Under the pieces are notes generated by a model. That model was not told where the DNA came from and ran no database searches. It worked only from the letters and a program-made list of their open reading frames with translations. The position numbers and the translations under genes were made by a program. Shown in pieces: positions 18,501 through 27,900 of a stretch of 64,000 nucleotides of DNA (the stretch's first letter is position 1; every line of letters starts with the position of its first letter). Location: the IMG/VR virus record IMGVR_UViG_3300005458_000014, positions 1-64,000 of that record. One strand, given 5' to 3'. This stretch comes from a virus (Duplodnaviria; Caudoviricetes).

Positions 18501-20895
18501 ACTGCACGGTGGCGAACTGCACCCCGGTGACGCCGTGCAGCGAGTTGAGCACAGCCGACTCCACCCGGGCGGGCCCGGACAGGTTGCTCGGCGCAGTCAG
18601 GCCGGCGCCGGGCACGAGCTGCCAGCCACCCGGGGTCAGGGTAGAAGCGTCGATGAAGGCCGCGTCAGAGAAGGTCTCCAGGTACATCTCGGTGTCATCA
18701 GCCGCGGTGTAGTCCACCCGGAACATCTCCAGCCCGGCGATCGCCACGAAATAGGCAACCCGGCTGGCCAGAGTGACCTCGGCCGTGCGGTAATTGTGCC
18801 GCCCGGCAACGGCCTGCTTGGCAGCCACTGCCGGGACCTGCCACGGCTGGAAGTTCATCAGCGCGCCGCCCTGCGCGGCCAGGAACCCGATGCCCTCGGG
18901 CTGGCTGGCGTACAGCGCCTCGGTGGCCGGCGGCTGGGAGGGGTCCGGGTCGGGGCTTGCCGCCGGGGCATCGCTGAAGTTGACGGAGGGGGCCACGGAC
19001 TGGTTGACCGTCAGGCCCTCATCGAGCACGGCCGGGGTGGTCGGGTTCTGTGCCGCCGCGGACGGCTGCGCCTCCTGCGGCATGAAGAGGGCAGTGACCC
19101 CCTGGGTCTTCAGGTACTCATACGGCTCGGGCTGGAGGCTGGTGAACTCGAACTTCCAGGCCGATGCCAGCACCGGGTCAAATTCCAGGTAGCCGCGGGC
19201 CAGGGTGAAGTCGCGCTGCACCGGTATCCAGGAGCAGGCCTGGTAGGCCTGGCCCAGCCCGCCGACGAATCCCCACGGGCAGGTGCCGCCGAGCAGATAC
19301 TGAGTGCTGAAGCGCGCGACGGAGTTGTCCGTGGACGAGGACTCGCCGGGCAGCGGCGGGTAGACGTAACCGGCGGCGTCAGCCGCGAAGTCCTGGAAAG
19401 GCTGCGGGATGCCGCCCAGGTCGCCGTCGGTGGCGGAGATGACCTCCTGCTTCAGCACGAAGGCGGCCAGCGTGTAATTGCCGGACAGCACCTGGCCGGA
19501 GGGGTCGGGGTTCTCCAGCCCGCCGAAGCGGAACCGCGGCGCCGGCGGGACGGGGCCCTGAGCCGGGGACAGGTACATCGAGGCCCGCGGCGACCAGGCG
19601 AAGAAGGACGCGCCGTCATAGCCGGCCACGAACTGGATCCGGTCCCCGGCCTCGAACTCGAACGCCCAGCTACCGAGCACCGCTCCGGACGGCACGTTCG
19701 ATGGCCCGTCCTGCGGGCTGGCCGCGGGCATGGTGACCTGCCAGGTGCCCGAGACATAGGACAGCTGGAGGACCCCGGCATCCGCCACCACGTAGGTGCC
19801 GTCATCAGAGGAGCTGAACCCGGGCATGATCTCGATGCCGGCCCACCAGGGGCTGTCGGCCGTGGTCCCGGTGCCCTGGCTGGACAGGGTCAGCCAGCCC
19901 GGCGAGTCGCGGAAAACGATCCCCGCGGCACTGACCGCGGGCAGCGTGGTGCCGTCGGCCACGATCAGCGAGGGCAGCAGCGGGTCATCCAGCCCGGCGA
20001 ATGAGACCCCGGCCGGCGGCGGCAGCGGGGCGTAATACAGGTTGAGGCGCACCCCGCTGGTCACCGGGTTGATATAGAACCGGTCGATCAGCTGGGCATT
20101 GCCCTCCGCGTCCCGGCCGTCCAGGTAAAGGCTCACCACGGCGTCGGTGTGCGGCTGCGGGGCGCACCGCCAGACCTGGCCGCGCAGCAGATCGCAGGCG
20201 CGGTTCTCGCGCAGCGCCACCTGGACCGGGCTGCCGTTCACGTCCACCGTGGTGGTGAACGGCTGGCGCTGGCTCAGGGTCACCGGGTCTCGCGGTGTTG
20301 ACGGCACGTCGGAGGACGACAGCAGCCGGGACCCGAAGTCAAGATTCCGCAGGCCGAGCGGGTAGGGGACGAACTTCCGCTGCGGGCTGACGGGGAACTT
20401 CTGGCTGCCGCTGGTGCGGGCCAGCCGGGTCATCCGCAGCAGCAGCCGGGTCGTGGTGACCGGCACTACGGGCTCGTCATGATGCACCCAGTGCCCGGCC
20501 CCGTAATGCCAGGGGTTGAGCCCGACGCTGCGGGCGGCCGGGTTGTCCACCACCGACGGGACCGATCCGGTGGTGATGATCCGCAGCGGGGTACTGGCAT
20601 TCGACATCAGCTGCGACCAGGCCGACCCAGTCCACCACCAGATCGTCAGTGTGTGCGGAAAATGAGCCACATCCAGGGAGACATAGTTGATCAGTCGGGC
20701 CTGTCCGAGCGATACGGTGACCTGCTCGGAGCGCGGGTCCCCGGCCTCCCGGACCGGACTCGACCAGAAGTCCTGGTTGCTGATCTTGGCGATGTGCGGC
20801 GGGGTGACCTTGTGGACCGGGATGCCGTCGGCATAGGCCGGCGCGACCGCCGGGATAGGGAACGCGCCGGGGAGCTGGACCGCGGGGGTTGTCAT
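15562..20895 (-). CDS. Large baseplate/tail protein with C-terminal GH26-like glycoside hydrolase domains
   Basis: 1777 aa within the baseplate operon; WYPGDDLVD, IYHHEPEND, IDVY, GITEYG motifs. Confidence 0.7.
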   Translation of the reverse strand: MTTPAVQLPGAFPIPAVAPAYADGIPVHKVTPPHIAKISNQDFWSSPVREAGDPRSEQVTVSLGQARLINYVSLDVAHFPHTLTIWWWTGSAWSQLMSNASTPLRIITTGSVPSVVDNPAARSVGLNPWHYGAGHWVHHDEPVVPVTTTRLLLRMTRLARTSGSQKFPVSPQRKFVPYPLGLRNLDFGSRLLSSSDVPSTPRDPVTLSQRQPFTTTVDVNGSPVQVALRENRACDLLRGQVWRCAPQPHTDAVVSLYLDGRDAEGNAQLIDRFYINPVTSGVRLNLYYAPLPPPAGVSFAGLDDPLLPSLIVADGTTLPAVSAAGIVFRDSPGWLTLSSQGTGTTADSPWWAGIEIMPGFSSSDDGTYVVADAGVLQLSYVSGTWQVTMPAASPQDGPSNVPSGAVLGSWAFEFEAGDRIQFVAGYDGASFFAWSPRASMYLSPAQGPVPPAPRFRFGGLENPDPSGQVLSGNYTLAAFVLKQEVISATDGDLGGIPQPFQDFAADAAGYVYPPLPGESSSTDNSVARFSTQYLLGGTCPWGFVGGLGQAYQACSWIPVQRDFTLARGYLEFDPVLASAWKFEFTSLQPEPYEYLKTQGVTALFMPQEAQPSAAAQNPTTPAVLDEGLTVNQSVAPSVNFSDAPAASPDPDPSQPPATEALYASQPEGIGFLAAQGGALMNFQPWQVPAVAAKQAVAGRHNYRTAEVTLASRVAYFVAIAGLEMFRVDYTAADDTEMYLETFSDAAFIDASTLTPGGWQLVPGAGLTAPSNLSGPARVESAVLNSLHGVTGVQFATVQSDPVQLLNDPDFSQDEFASWGPVGDALPLASSEVSSQLGTMVSVSRGQGSPQLDTPFAPASWAWLESQYATWKDVETQFPSWHDFGLPPVSSAMGGIAYTSPPVATTAAGRVYAAARVFSPVALTAPLYLQLLDGPTGAVIAEEEQFVAGGTVTEWFAGFTLGTGEPSQNTWADEEAAFPTWAAIAAAAPTWGEMDTSVIPLGTTVSARLIQKVSTADAWDVDNISIFEDALVWEFSNDGGTTWQAAYDIRNNPRGAVTFAPPAPGAGTQLRWRVSAYRPGVAVSSLAIRPWYVTWPHGIMPRPSGIGHGPNLAPQDHYAAVENDPRWQMSSSPLPEAWFFRVRQALGLQSPASDFPGPPPPPSDAHLGRALVWESPEAAVAGPQTWTDIYSDIYTDTYALADGGDIYTDTYCDTYGQDYIVHTGSTLAALAALSAPGVLLAGGLVIPLPASGLGVDLGSVPGSDPSIAAWAAATGEPVAVRRYALGNQVPSSLAASPLAADAAAGRRVLIDFRPDATTTPQQLGAFLASCQAGGLDCYVSLWAGADQVFSSPAGYFALLPDYVTTIRANGYQHAFTIDNASIVHNALPAWYPGDDLVDLIMPYFWCTGPAPGSGGDTLTLASSFADAHVKPLGLAGFGVDRSKFTAAQGQAFLGYVARTFAQRKAAGAENTDLIYLGTGSYSLIGAAQGSRVAQLIGFDVAKGAWNTVNSQIGPGQTHRLFYSGALPASFDADGTPADVTIVVSYKTQTTNVVSYINSIPAGRQVIVIYHHEPENDYGAGSQFVSEFKAQSTLIRAHAGANVKIAMCALGYQYGAGNNADAKAGNYLRGLGPYVDYFTIDVYQGQDGTGKSGAWNWTANGLASDPDWLNWLKVVTNASIVGTLRPVGITEYGIYDPVGNAARNARLQLDAAYLTSSFPAAGGAISDFPLCQWLYWYEANTTPEPVFTDAATIATWQAIERGSPGTGLVSSYQQIAAAL

Positions 20896-22259
20896 GAGGC
20901 CCTCATCACCGGCACCCGCGATCCCGAGTAGGGAGCGGCCTTGACCGTGACCGGCGAGCTGGTCCGCGCCGACGCGGCCTGGGCCGCCGGCATGATGGCC
21001 CTCTGCGGCAGGTAGGTGACCCGCTGCCCCGGCGGGAACACCACGGTCTGCCAGTCGGTGCCGTCGGTCACCACCGCGGCGTTGGGGTCGTCCCCGGTGA
21101 CCGCCTGGGCCGTCACCGTGGTCACGTCAGCGGCATAGCTGTACTGGCTCCCCTGCGACCGGCTCAGCGGCGGCTGAGGAGTCTGGAAGGTGCCGCCGGG
21201 CGGCTGGCCGCCCTTCTGGTAGGCCGCCAGCGCCGCGGCGTAAGCCGGGTCCCCGGCGTCCGGGGTGACCAGCTGGGTCAGCTCCCAGTACTCGCTGTCG
21301 GACCAGGCAGCCGATACCGGCACCCGGGTCACGATCCCGGGCCCGGACATGTCCACGCTGATAATCGAGGCGGCCGGCTTGAGCACCTCGACGACCGACA
21401 GGATGCCGTACATGTCCGATCCCTGCCGGGCCTGGTCTGCCACGCTGGATGAGTAGGTCTGGCGCGGCCGGATCACGACCTCGTTCATAGCCCCGTTTCC
21501 CAGCAGGCCGGCGTAGGTGACCACGCCCTCCATGTCCTGCCAGGTCTGCCCGGTGGTCGCGGACCAGGTGCCGAACTCGCCCATGACCTGAGCCCAGGTG
21601 CTGAAGCCAGGAGCTGGCGCCAGCGGGTTCGTGATCAGCCGCCACATCTCGTAGACCTGGCACGGGACCCCGGTGATGGCCTCGGCCAGGGCCTGCATCC
21701 CGGGGGCGGTCGCGCCCAGGGTGATCGCCCGGGCCAGCGCGATGACGCGCTCGCGGAAGATCGCGTCGGCAGCCTCGATCTCATCCCATCCGTCCGGGCT
21801 GGCCAGCTCGGTGTAGGGGTTGACCGGCTGGCCGGTGGCCGGGTTGACCGGCAGCGATCCGGAGGGGCCGCGGGTGGACCCGAACAGCGCTCCGTAGAAG
21901 CTGTCCAGGTCATAGAAGCGGGTTGAGGTGATGGCCTGCTGGAGCCGGGAGACCATCTGCCGCTGGCGCAGCTGGCCGGTGCCCGCGGCCCCCAGCAGGG
22001 CCTGCATGAAGTGCACCAGCAGGCTGGTGGGCGCCAGATCGTAGACCGTCGGCGGGAAGTTCTTCAGCTGATCGATGACCGACAGCGGCGGGTTCAGCAG
22101 GTTGACCGCGGTGGACGTGCCGGGCGGCAGCGGCGCGGTCGGGTCGGTCTGGAGGCTCAGGATCGAGGCGGCCTGGGTGTTCGGGTACGCGAACAGGTCC
22201 GTGCCGCCGTTGAGGATGATCCCCGAGGTCTGGCCGGGGTCAGCGAGCACCTGGGGCAT
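20892..22259 (-). CDS. Baseplate wedge protein
   Basis: Follows baseplate J; DLDSFYG, DAIFRERV..LARAITLGAT..GM..LAEAITG. Confidence 0.7.
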   Translation of the reverse strand: MPQVLADPGQTSGIILNGGTDLFAYPNTQAASILSLQTDPTAPLPPGTSTAVNLLNPPLSVIDQLKNFPPTVYDLAPTSLLVHFMQALLGAAGTGQLRQRQMVSRLQQAITSTRFYDLDSFYGALFGSTRGPSGSLPVNPATGQPVNPYTELASPDGWDEIEAADAIFRERVIALARAITLGATAPGMQALAEAITGVPCQVYEMWRLITNPLAPAPGFSTWAQVMGEFGTWSATTGQTWQDMEGVVTYAGLLGNGAMNEVVIRPRQTYSSSVADQARQGSDMYGILSVVEVLKPAASIISVDMSGPGIVTRVPVSAAWSDSEYWELTQLVTPDAGDPAYAAALAAYQKGGQPPGGTFQTPQPPLSRSQGSQYSYAADVTTVTAQAVTGDDPNAAVVTDGTDWQTVVFPPGQRVTYLPQRAIMPAAQAASARTSSPVTVKAAPYSGSRVPVMRAS

Positions 22260-22314
22260 CAGCTACAGAACCTCCTTCCCTCCTTCCCTCCTTCCGTGCC
22301 GCCGGGCGCGCCGG

Positions 22315-22608
22315 TCAGCCGCGCAGCGCCGGGATGGCCAGGAGCAGGGGCCGGGCCCGCTCCGCTCCCCCGGGGGTGAGCCGGTAATAGCGCCGCGCCG
22401 GGCGCCCTCCGGATCGCGGGTCGAAGCCTCTTTCCCACTCCGATGTCAGCCAGCCCCGGTCCTCCAGGCGCCGCAGGATCGGGTAGATCGCTCCCGACTT
22501 CATCCCGGTGGCCCGGATGACCTGAAGGCCGTACAGGCCCTCTGCGGGGCCCTCCAGGAAGGCGCTGAGCACCAGGGCGGTCGGCAGGGTCACGCGGATG
22601 CCTTGCAT
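22315..22608 (-). CDS. PadR-family transcriptional regulator (moron)
   Basis: YGLQVIRATGMKSGAIYPILRRLEDRGW...RPARRYYRLT. Confidence 0.9.
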   Translation of the reverse strand: MQGIRVTLPTALVLSAFLEGPAEGLYGLQVIRATGMKSGAIYPILRRLEDRGWLTSEWERGFDPRSGGRPARRYYRLTPGGAERARPLLLAIPALRG

Positions 22609-22617
22609 GCAAGAACT

Positions 22618-22634
22618 CTACCAAGACTAGGTAG
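22618..22634. promoter_or_regulatory. Putative PadR operator overlapping a leaderless promoter
   Basis: CTACC-N7-GGTAG inverted repeat overlapping TAGAGT just upstream of the ATG. Confidence 0.45.
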
Positions 22635-22638
22635 CGAT

Positions 22639-24459
22639 CTATGCAAAGGCGCCCATCGTGTTCCCGGCCTTGGCCACGATGCTGGTGTCCCCGAAGGCCG
22701 GGATGGTCATGGCGCCGAACTCGATGTCCACCGGGTTGCCGCCGGAGTCCACGTAGCTCACCACCGGAACCCCCTCGAAGGTCTGCTGGATGCCGACGCC
22801 GAAGCTGTTGGGCGCCGCCGGGTTATAGCCGGGGTAGTCGGCGCCGGTCAGGAACCGGCTGGCCAGCACGCCGGGAGTGTTCTCGACAACCTGGAGGACG
22901 CTGGAGGGATACAGACGCGAGCTGAACCCGAGCTGGCTCAGGTAGGTAGCCAGCGCGGTGTTGACCGCCTGCTGGGTCACCGGCTGAGACACCGACGGGT
23001 CATAGATCACCGCCAGGTTGAAGCGCAGCGTTGCCTGGATGCCCTGGTGAGCCTGCACGTCCTGGCCGGCCATCCGCCAGGACTCCAGGGCCTGCTGGAT
23101 GGCATACGGCACGTCGTTGTAGGTGTAGTCCTCGCTCAGCACGACCGGCGCTCCCTCGCCCGGGTCAAAGGCCATGTCCCACTCCAGGCCGAAGTCGGAG
23201 TAGGGGCTCCACCCGAACGCACCGGTCCGGTGCACGACCTGGTAGGCGTAGGTCACCCCGCCCGTGACCGTGCCCATCGGGTGAGTCAGGCTGGCCATCC
23301 CGTAGGTGGTTCCGCTGACCACCAGGGTCGGGGGCACCGTCACGATCGGCCCGTAGGGCAGCGCGATGAAGGCATTCCCCGGGGCCGGGGCACTGCCGTC
23401 GGGCCGGACGAAGTCCTGTGCGTACCAGCTGGAAGACGGGCTGGACTGGAACAGGGTGGCGTCTGAGAACTTCACCGTGGCCGCGGCGGCCACGGCCCGG
23501 GTGCCCCGGCACCAGATATCGACCCGGCCGTAGATGCCCTGAGCCGGGTTATTGCGGCTGGCCGTGTCCAGGTAGAGGAAGCTCACGTCGATGAGCTGGC
23601 CCTCGGGGAAGTAGGCCGGGTCGATGACCTGGATCTCCGGCGGGCTCGCCTGGTAATTCCAGGTGTACTGGATGCCCGGCGCGGCCACGTCCCCGGCATC
23701 AATGTCCCGGCCGACTACCTGGCCCGAGGGATAGGTGTACTGATCATCAGAGACGGTGCTCGATGCCGCTCCTGAGGTGATCTGGAGCTGCTCACGGCGC
23801 CGGGTGGCCGCATCCACCACGTTGGCCGAGGTGCAGTCCGGGTCATTCAGCGCGATGCCCAGGAACATCTGGCTGGTCCCGGCCATGTTCTTGAAGACGG
23901 TGGCCTTCCAGCGGGCCTGGAGCTGGCTGTCGGTCTCCTGGTTGGACCCGCCGGACAGCGGGTTGACATTGGTCACCCCGGTCACCTCGCTGACCGGGGT
24001 CATGACCGAGGTGAGCTGCCCGGCCGGGAGGTCGCCGTCCGGGCCCGCCGTCACGGCCTGAACCGGAACGGTGCATGTAAGGGCCCCCGCGTTCATGATC
24101 CCGGTGGTCACCGTCTGAACCACAACGGTTCCGTCGGCTGAGGCGATCTGAGTGTTGACCGGGATCGTGACCGTATCGCTGGCCGTGGACCTGGTAAATG
24201 TGACAGTCCCGCCGGCTCGCGTGGCCGGATACCGGGTCATGCCGAACAGCTGTACGAAAGAATCCAGGGCCGCGCCCTGCATCGAGTTGATGTCGTACTG
24301 GTAGGCCAGCATCTGGGAGTCCAGGCTGGCCGCTGAGATGCTGGCGGCCACGGCATCGATGATCTTGCGGGTCACCGAGCCCGTGGTGGTGTCGAGGTCG
24401 GGCTCGCTCGCCGCGAGCGCCGCCACGATCTGGGAGGCGATATCGGACTGGCTGGCCAC
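22639..24459 (-). CDS. Baseplate J-like protein
   Basis: LDSFVQLFGMTRYPATRAGGTVTF, VTNVNPLSGGSNQETDSQLQAR. Confidence 0.88.
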   Translation of the reverse strand: MASQSDIASQIVAALAASEPDLDTTTGSVTRKIIDAVAASISAASLDSQMLAYQYDINSMQGAALDSFVQLFGMTRYPATRAGGTVTFTRSTASDTVTIPVNTQIASADGTVVVQTVTTGIMNAGALTCTVPVQAVTAGPDGDLPAGQLTSVMTPVSEVTGVTNVNPLSGGSNQETDSQLQARWKATVFKNMAGTSQMFLGIALNDPDCTSANVVDAATRRREQLQITSGAASSTVSDDQYTYPSGQVVGRDIDAGDVAAPGIQYTWNYQASPPEIQVIDPAYFPEGQLIDVSFLYLDTASRNNPAQGIYGRVDIWCRGTRAVAAAATVKFSDATLFQSSPSSSWYAQDFVRPDGSAPAPGNAFIALPYGPIVTVPPTLVVSGTTYGMASLTHPMGTVTGGVTYAYQVVHRTGAFGWSPYSDFGLEWDMAFDPGEGAPVVLSEDYTYNDVPYAIQQALESWRMAGQDVQAHQGIQATLRFNLAVIYDPSVSQPVTQQAVNTALATYLSQLGFSSRLYPSSVLQVVENTPGVLASRFLTGADYPGYNPAAPNSFGVGIQQTFEGVPVVSYVDSGGNPVDIEFGAMTIPAFGDTSIVAKAGNTMGAFA

Positions 24460-24460
24460 G

Positions 24461-24898
24461 TCAGCTGCTCACCGTCCGGGTCACCGCGACCTGCTGGCCG
24501 CCCTGGGTGGTCAGGGCAACCGAGACCTGCACGGTGTCAGGACGGGTGGTCACCGCGGCACTGACCGAGTCCACCGACCCGATTACGTCATCAGAGCCGA
24601 GCTGGCTGCGGGTGCCCGCCAGGCCTGCGGCGATGATCTGCTGCTGCTGGGCCGCCACCAGCTGAGCCAGGACGCGGGAGACCTCCGAGCTGACCAGGGC
24701 GGGAGTCGAGTCGGCATCGATCGGCACGCCCAGGTAGCTCAGCAGCGCCGAGCCCCACTCCGGGTGATAAGGGTCGAAGCCGTAAGGCTCGGCCAGGGCG
24801 GTCGCCACCCGCTGCCGGAGGTACTCAGTTCCGGTGACGGTGGCGAATCCGCGGCCGGCCGGAAGGAGGTCTCCCCCGGTCAGCTGCAAGTCCTTCAT
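24461..24898 (-). CDS. gp25/GPW-like baseplate wedge (sheath initiator)
   Basis: LRQRVATAL.EPYG.DPYHPEWGSAL. Confidence 0.8.
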   Translation of the reverse strand: MKDLQLTGGDLLPAGRGFATVTGTEYLRQRVATALAEPYGFDPYHPEWGSALLSYLGVPIDADSTPALVSSEVSRVLAQLVAAQQQQIIAAGLAGTRSQLGSDDVIGSVDSVSAAVTTRPDTVQVSVALTTQGGQQVAVTRTVSS

Positions 24899-24928
24899 CG
24901 GCCCTCCTCCCCTCTTCCGGGGCGAGGC

Positions 24929-27900
24929 TCAGGTCGTGTAGCTCACCGTGAGGTACGGCCCCTGGCCGGATCCGGTGCCCTGGAACTTGGCGGTCTCCTT
25001 GGCATCGCTGCTGGCGCCGCCGCCGAGCACCAGCGAAACGGCCGCGCCGGACTGGAGGGCAGTGGCCACCGAGTTCGGCAGCGTGATCGTCTTAGTCTGG
25101 CCCTTCTGCATCGAGTAGGTGCCGATGTGGGTCACTCCGGAGGTCGGGGAGTTCTTCGTCGCGTTCGGGGACATGCCCAGGTAGACATCCACGCCGTTCG
25201 AGCTGCCCCCGGAACTGGTGATCGTGAGCTTGATCGAGTTGATCGTGGCCCCGGCCAGGACCGTCGGCCAGCTGGCGTTAGTGAAGTCCATGTAGCTGTA
25301 GCAGTTGCCCGGGGTGCCGCCCGGGCTGATCCCGCCCGGCTGGATGTAGTACCCGGAGTACATGGTGTTGTTGTGGGCGCGCACCATGTTCGGGCTGCCC
25401 ATCGGCGGGAGCGCATCCGCCCCCCAGTAGGACCACGTCGCATTCGCAAAGGACTTGTGCGTGAGAGTCTGGCCGCCGCTCGTGCCGCTGGATCCCGATC
25501 CGATGTAGACGCCGGTATCGATCGCCGCATTGCCCAGGTCATAGACGGTGACGGCGCCCTGCTGGACGGAGCCGAAGGTCGAGGCATCCGCCATGGACTG
25601 GATCTGGGCAGTCGGGCTGGTCGTGGTTCCGTTGAGCGTGCCGCTCGCGGCGCTGAGGGTGAGCAGCATCCGCAGCATGACCGGGGACGATCCGGTCTGG
25701 AAGATCCGCAGGCCCGCAGGGGTAAGGCTGGACCGGTTCGAGAACGGCCCGTCGAAGTAGGCCGCCATGAACTGGGCTGAGCTGACGGACGGCGTACTGC
25801 CGTCATTGGTCGCCCGGATCCGGATCTGGGCCCGCCCCGGGGCTGACATGAGGACATCGAATGCTGCCAGCGCGATCATGTAGCAGCGATTCGCCTGAAG
25901 CATAACGTCCAGCTCCAGTATCGCCGTCTCCGCGGAGATCGCCGCAGCCGGGGCCGGCAGGTTCCCGTCCAGAGAGCCGAAGGCGACCACTCCCTGAGCC
26001 AGTCCGGGCAGGATCGTGTCCTGGAATGACTCGCCGGCCAGCAGGATGTCCTCGGCCGCGGATACCTCCTGGGCCGAGAGGTTGCCTCCTGAGTCAAGCG
26101 TGGCCAGGGAGTTTCCGTACGGGTCCAGGACCTGGAGGATGTTCTGCTGGAGCGGAAGTCCGATGAAGCTCATGCCAGGGGTGTAGATATTGCCGTAGGC
26201 ATCCACGCCGCCGGCGGCGCTGTTGGAGTAGACCAGGCCGCCGGGCACGACCACGGTATCCGCGTTCATGATCAGCCCGGAGGTGGTGGTCGTGCTGGAG
26301 ATCACCAGGGCGGCCTGGGTAGCCCCGACGGGGGCGATAGCGCCGGTCACGGTGAAAACCTGGTCGTCCCCGGCCGCGATCGCCGTCGCCCCCTGATCGC
26401 AGGGCACCGTGCTCAGCAGCGTCCCGGAGGCATTGTAGAAGGCGATCGCGGCCTGAGCCGTCAGGGCCGAGGGCGCCTGGACGGTAGCCGACATGGTGAC
26501 CGGGGTGCCGGCGGAGACCGGGAACAAGGGCGAGGTCGCGCCCCAGGGCTGGCTGGTGTTCGAGTGGGTGATGCCCAGGCTGAAGATGCCTGTGCTCGAC
26601 CAGCCCGCGGTGCCCGCGAGCGAGGAGTTCTGCGCGGTCCAGCCGGCGCCCCCGGCTCCCGCCCCGGTGAACCCGAGCATGATCGCGGTCCACGTGCACG
26701 AGGCCGCGAACGTGGCTGAGCCCGTCAGCGAGGCCAGCGCCTGGGCCGAGCCGATCAGGACCGAGGTGTACTGATTGCTGCCGGTGTGCGCCTGGGCCAG
26801 CAGCTCCCACTGACCGGAGATCGTCGGCAGCCCGCCGACAAAGTCGTTGCTGACGATCAGCATGATCAGGTCATTGATATTCAGGGGCGTGCCGCTGACC
26901 GTGGCCGTGCTCCCGGTGCCGAAGGCCGCGACGGCAAGATTGCTGCCATTAAGGCCCGGCAGCACGAAATGGAAGATGTTCTTGCACTGCGTGTTGGTGG
27001 CCGCGAACTGCGTGGTGATCGAGTCGCCCGCCAGCACGGTCAGCAGGTGCGTGGTGGACGCGCAGGCGAAGACCTGGACCTCCTTGCCGGAGGTCTCCTG
27101 GGTCACCAGGCTGTAGACGTTGCCCTTGCTGTCGGTAACCTGGCTGGCGGCAGTGGCACCGCTGGCGCTGGCGATTACCTCGACGTAGGACCCGACCGGG
27201 ATGTCCTGGGTGACCGGGGCCGTGTAGGTGCTGGCACTGGTCACGGACGAGATCGGCGTGGCCACCAGCTGCGGCACGCCGGGCGGCTCGAAGTCCCACG
27301 ACCGCGGGCCCTGAGGCGACTGGTACACCAGGAAGTCCCCGGCCGGGGTGATCGAGGCCTGGATCTGGGCCAGCGACGTGAACCAGCTGGTGGTGCCATC
27401 CGGTCCGATCCTGAAGATCACCGTGCCGCCGGCATCAGTAATCGTGACCGACCCGTCCGGGTGAATGGCCGTCCGCGGGTCACTGGTCGAGTTCTGGAGG
27501 GTGGCTCCCGTCACCACCGTGCCGTCGATGATGCCGGCCACGACCAGCCCGGCGGCCAGCTGGGCCGCGGTAATCGTGCCGGATGCGATCTGGGTCGCCG
27601 TGATGGTGCCCGCGGCGATCTGGGCGGCGGCGATCGTGCCGGCCTCGATGATCCCGCCGTTCACCGGGCTCAGCACGGTGATCGCCTGGGCCAGCAGCGT
27701 GGTAGTCGCGGGCGGGGTGCCGGTCAGGCCGATCCGGGGGATCCCGTAGGCCGCCCCGGCCGGGGGAACCTGGATGGTAGAGAGCACCGACCAGGCTGAC
27801 GGGGTCACTGCCTCGGCCGGGGCCGAGGTGGACAGGTAACTGCCGGCGGAGTTGTACCAGTCAAAGCCGATGGTGACCTGGCCGGCAGAGGTGAAGGCGA

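Noticed and set aside
16108-20004. Very long plus-strand ORFs (1298 aa here; also 41084..43780, 35835..38063 and others)
   Set aside because: Antisense shadows of GC3-rich minus-strand genes; no motifs or RBS.
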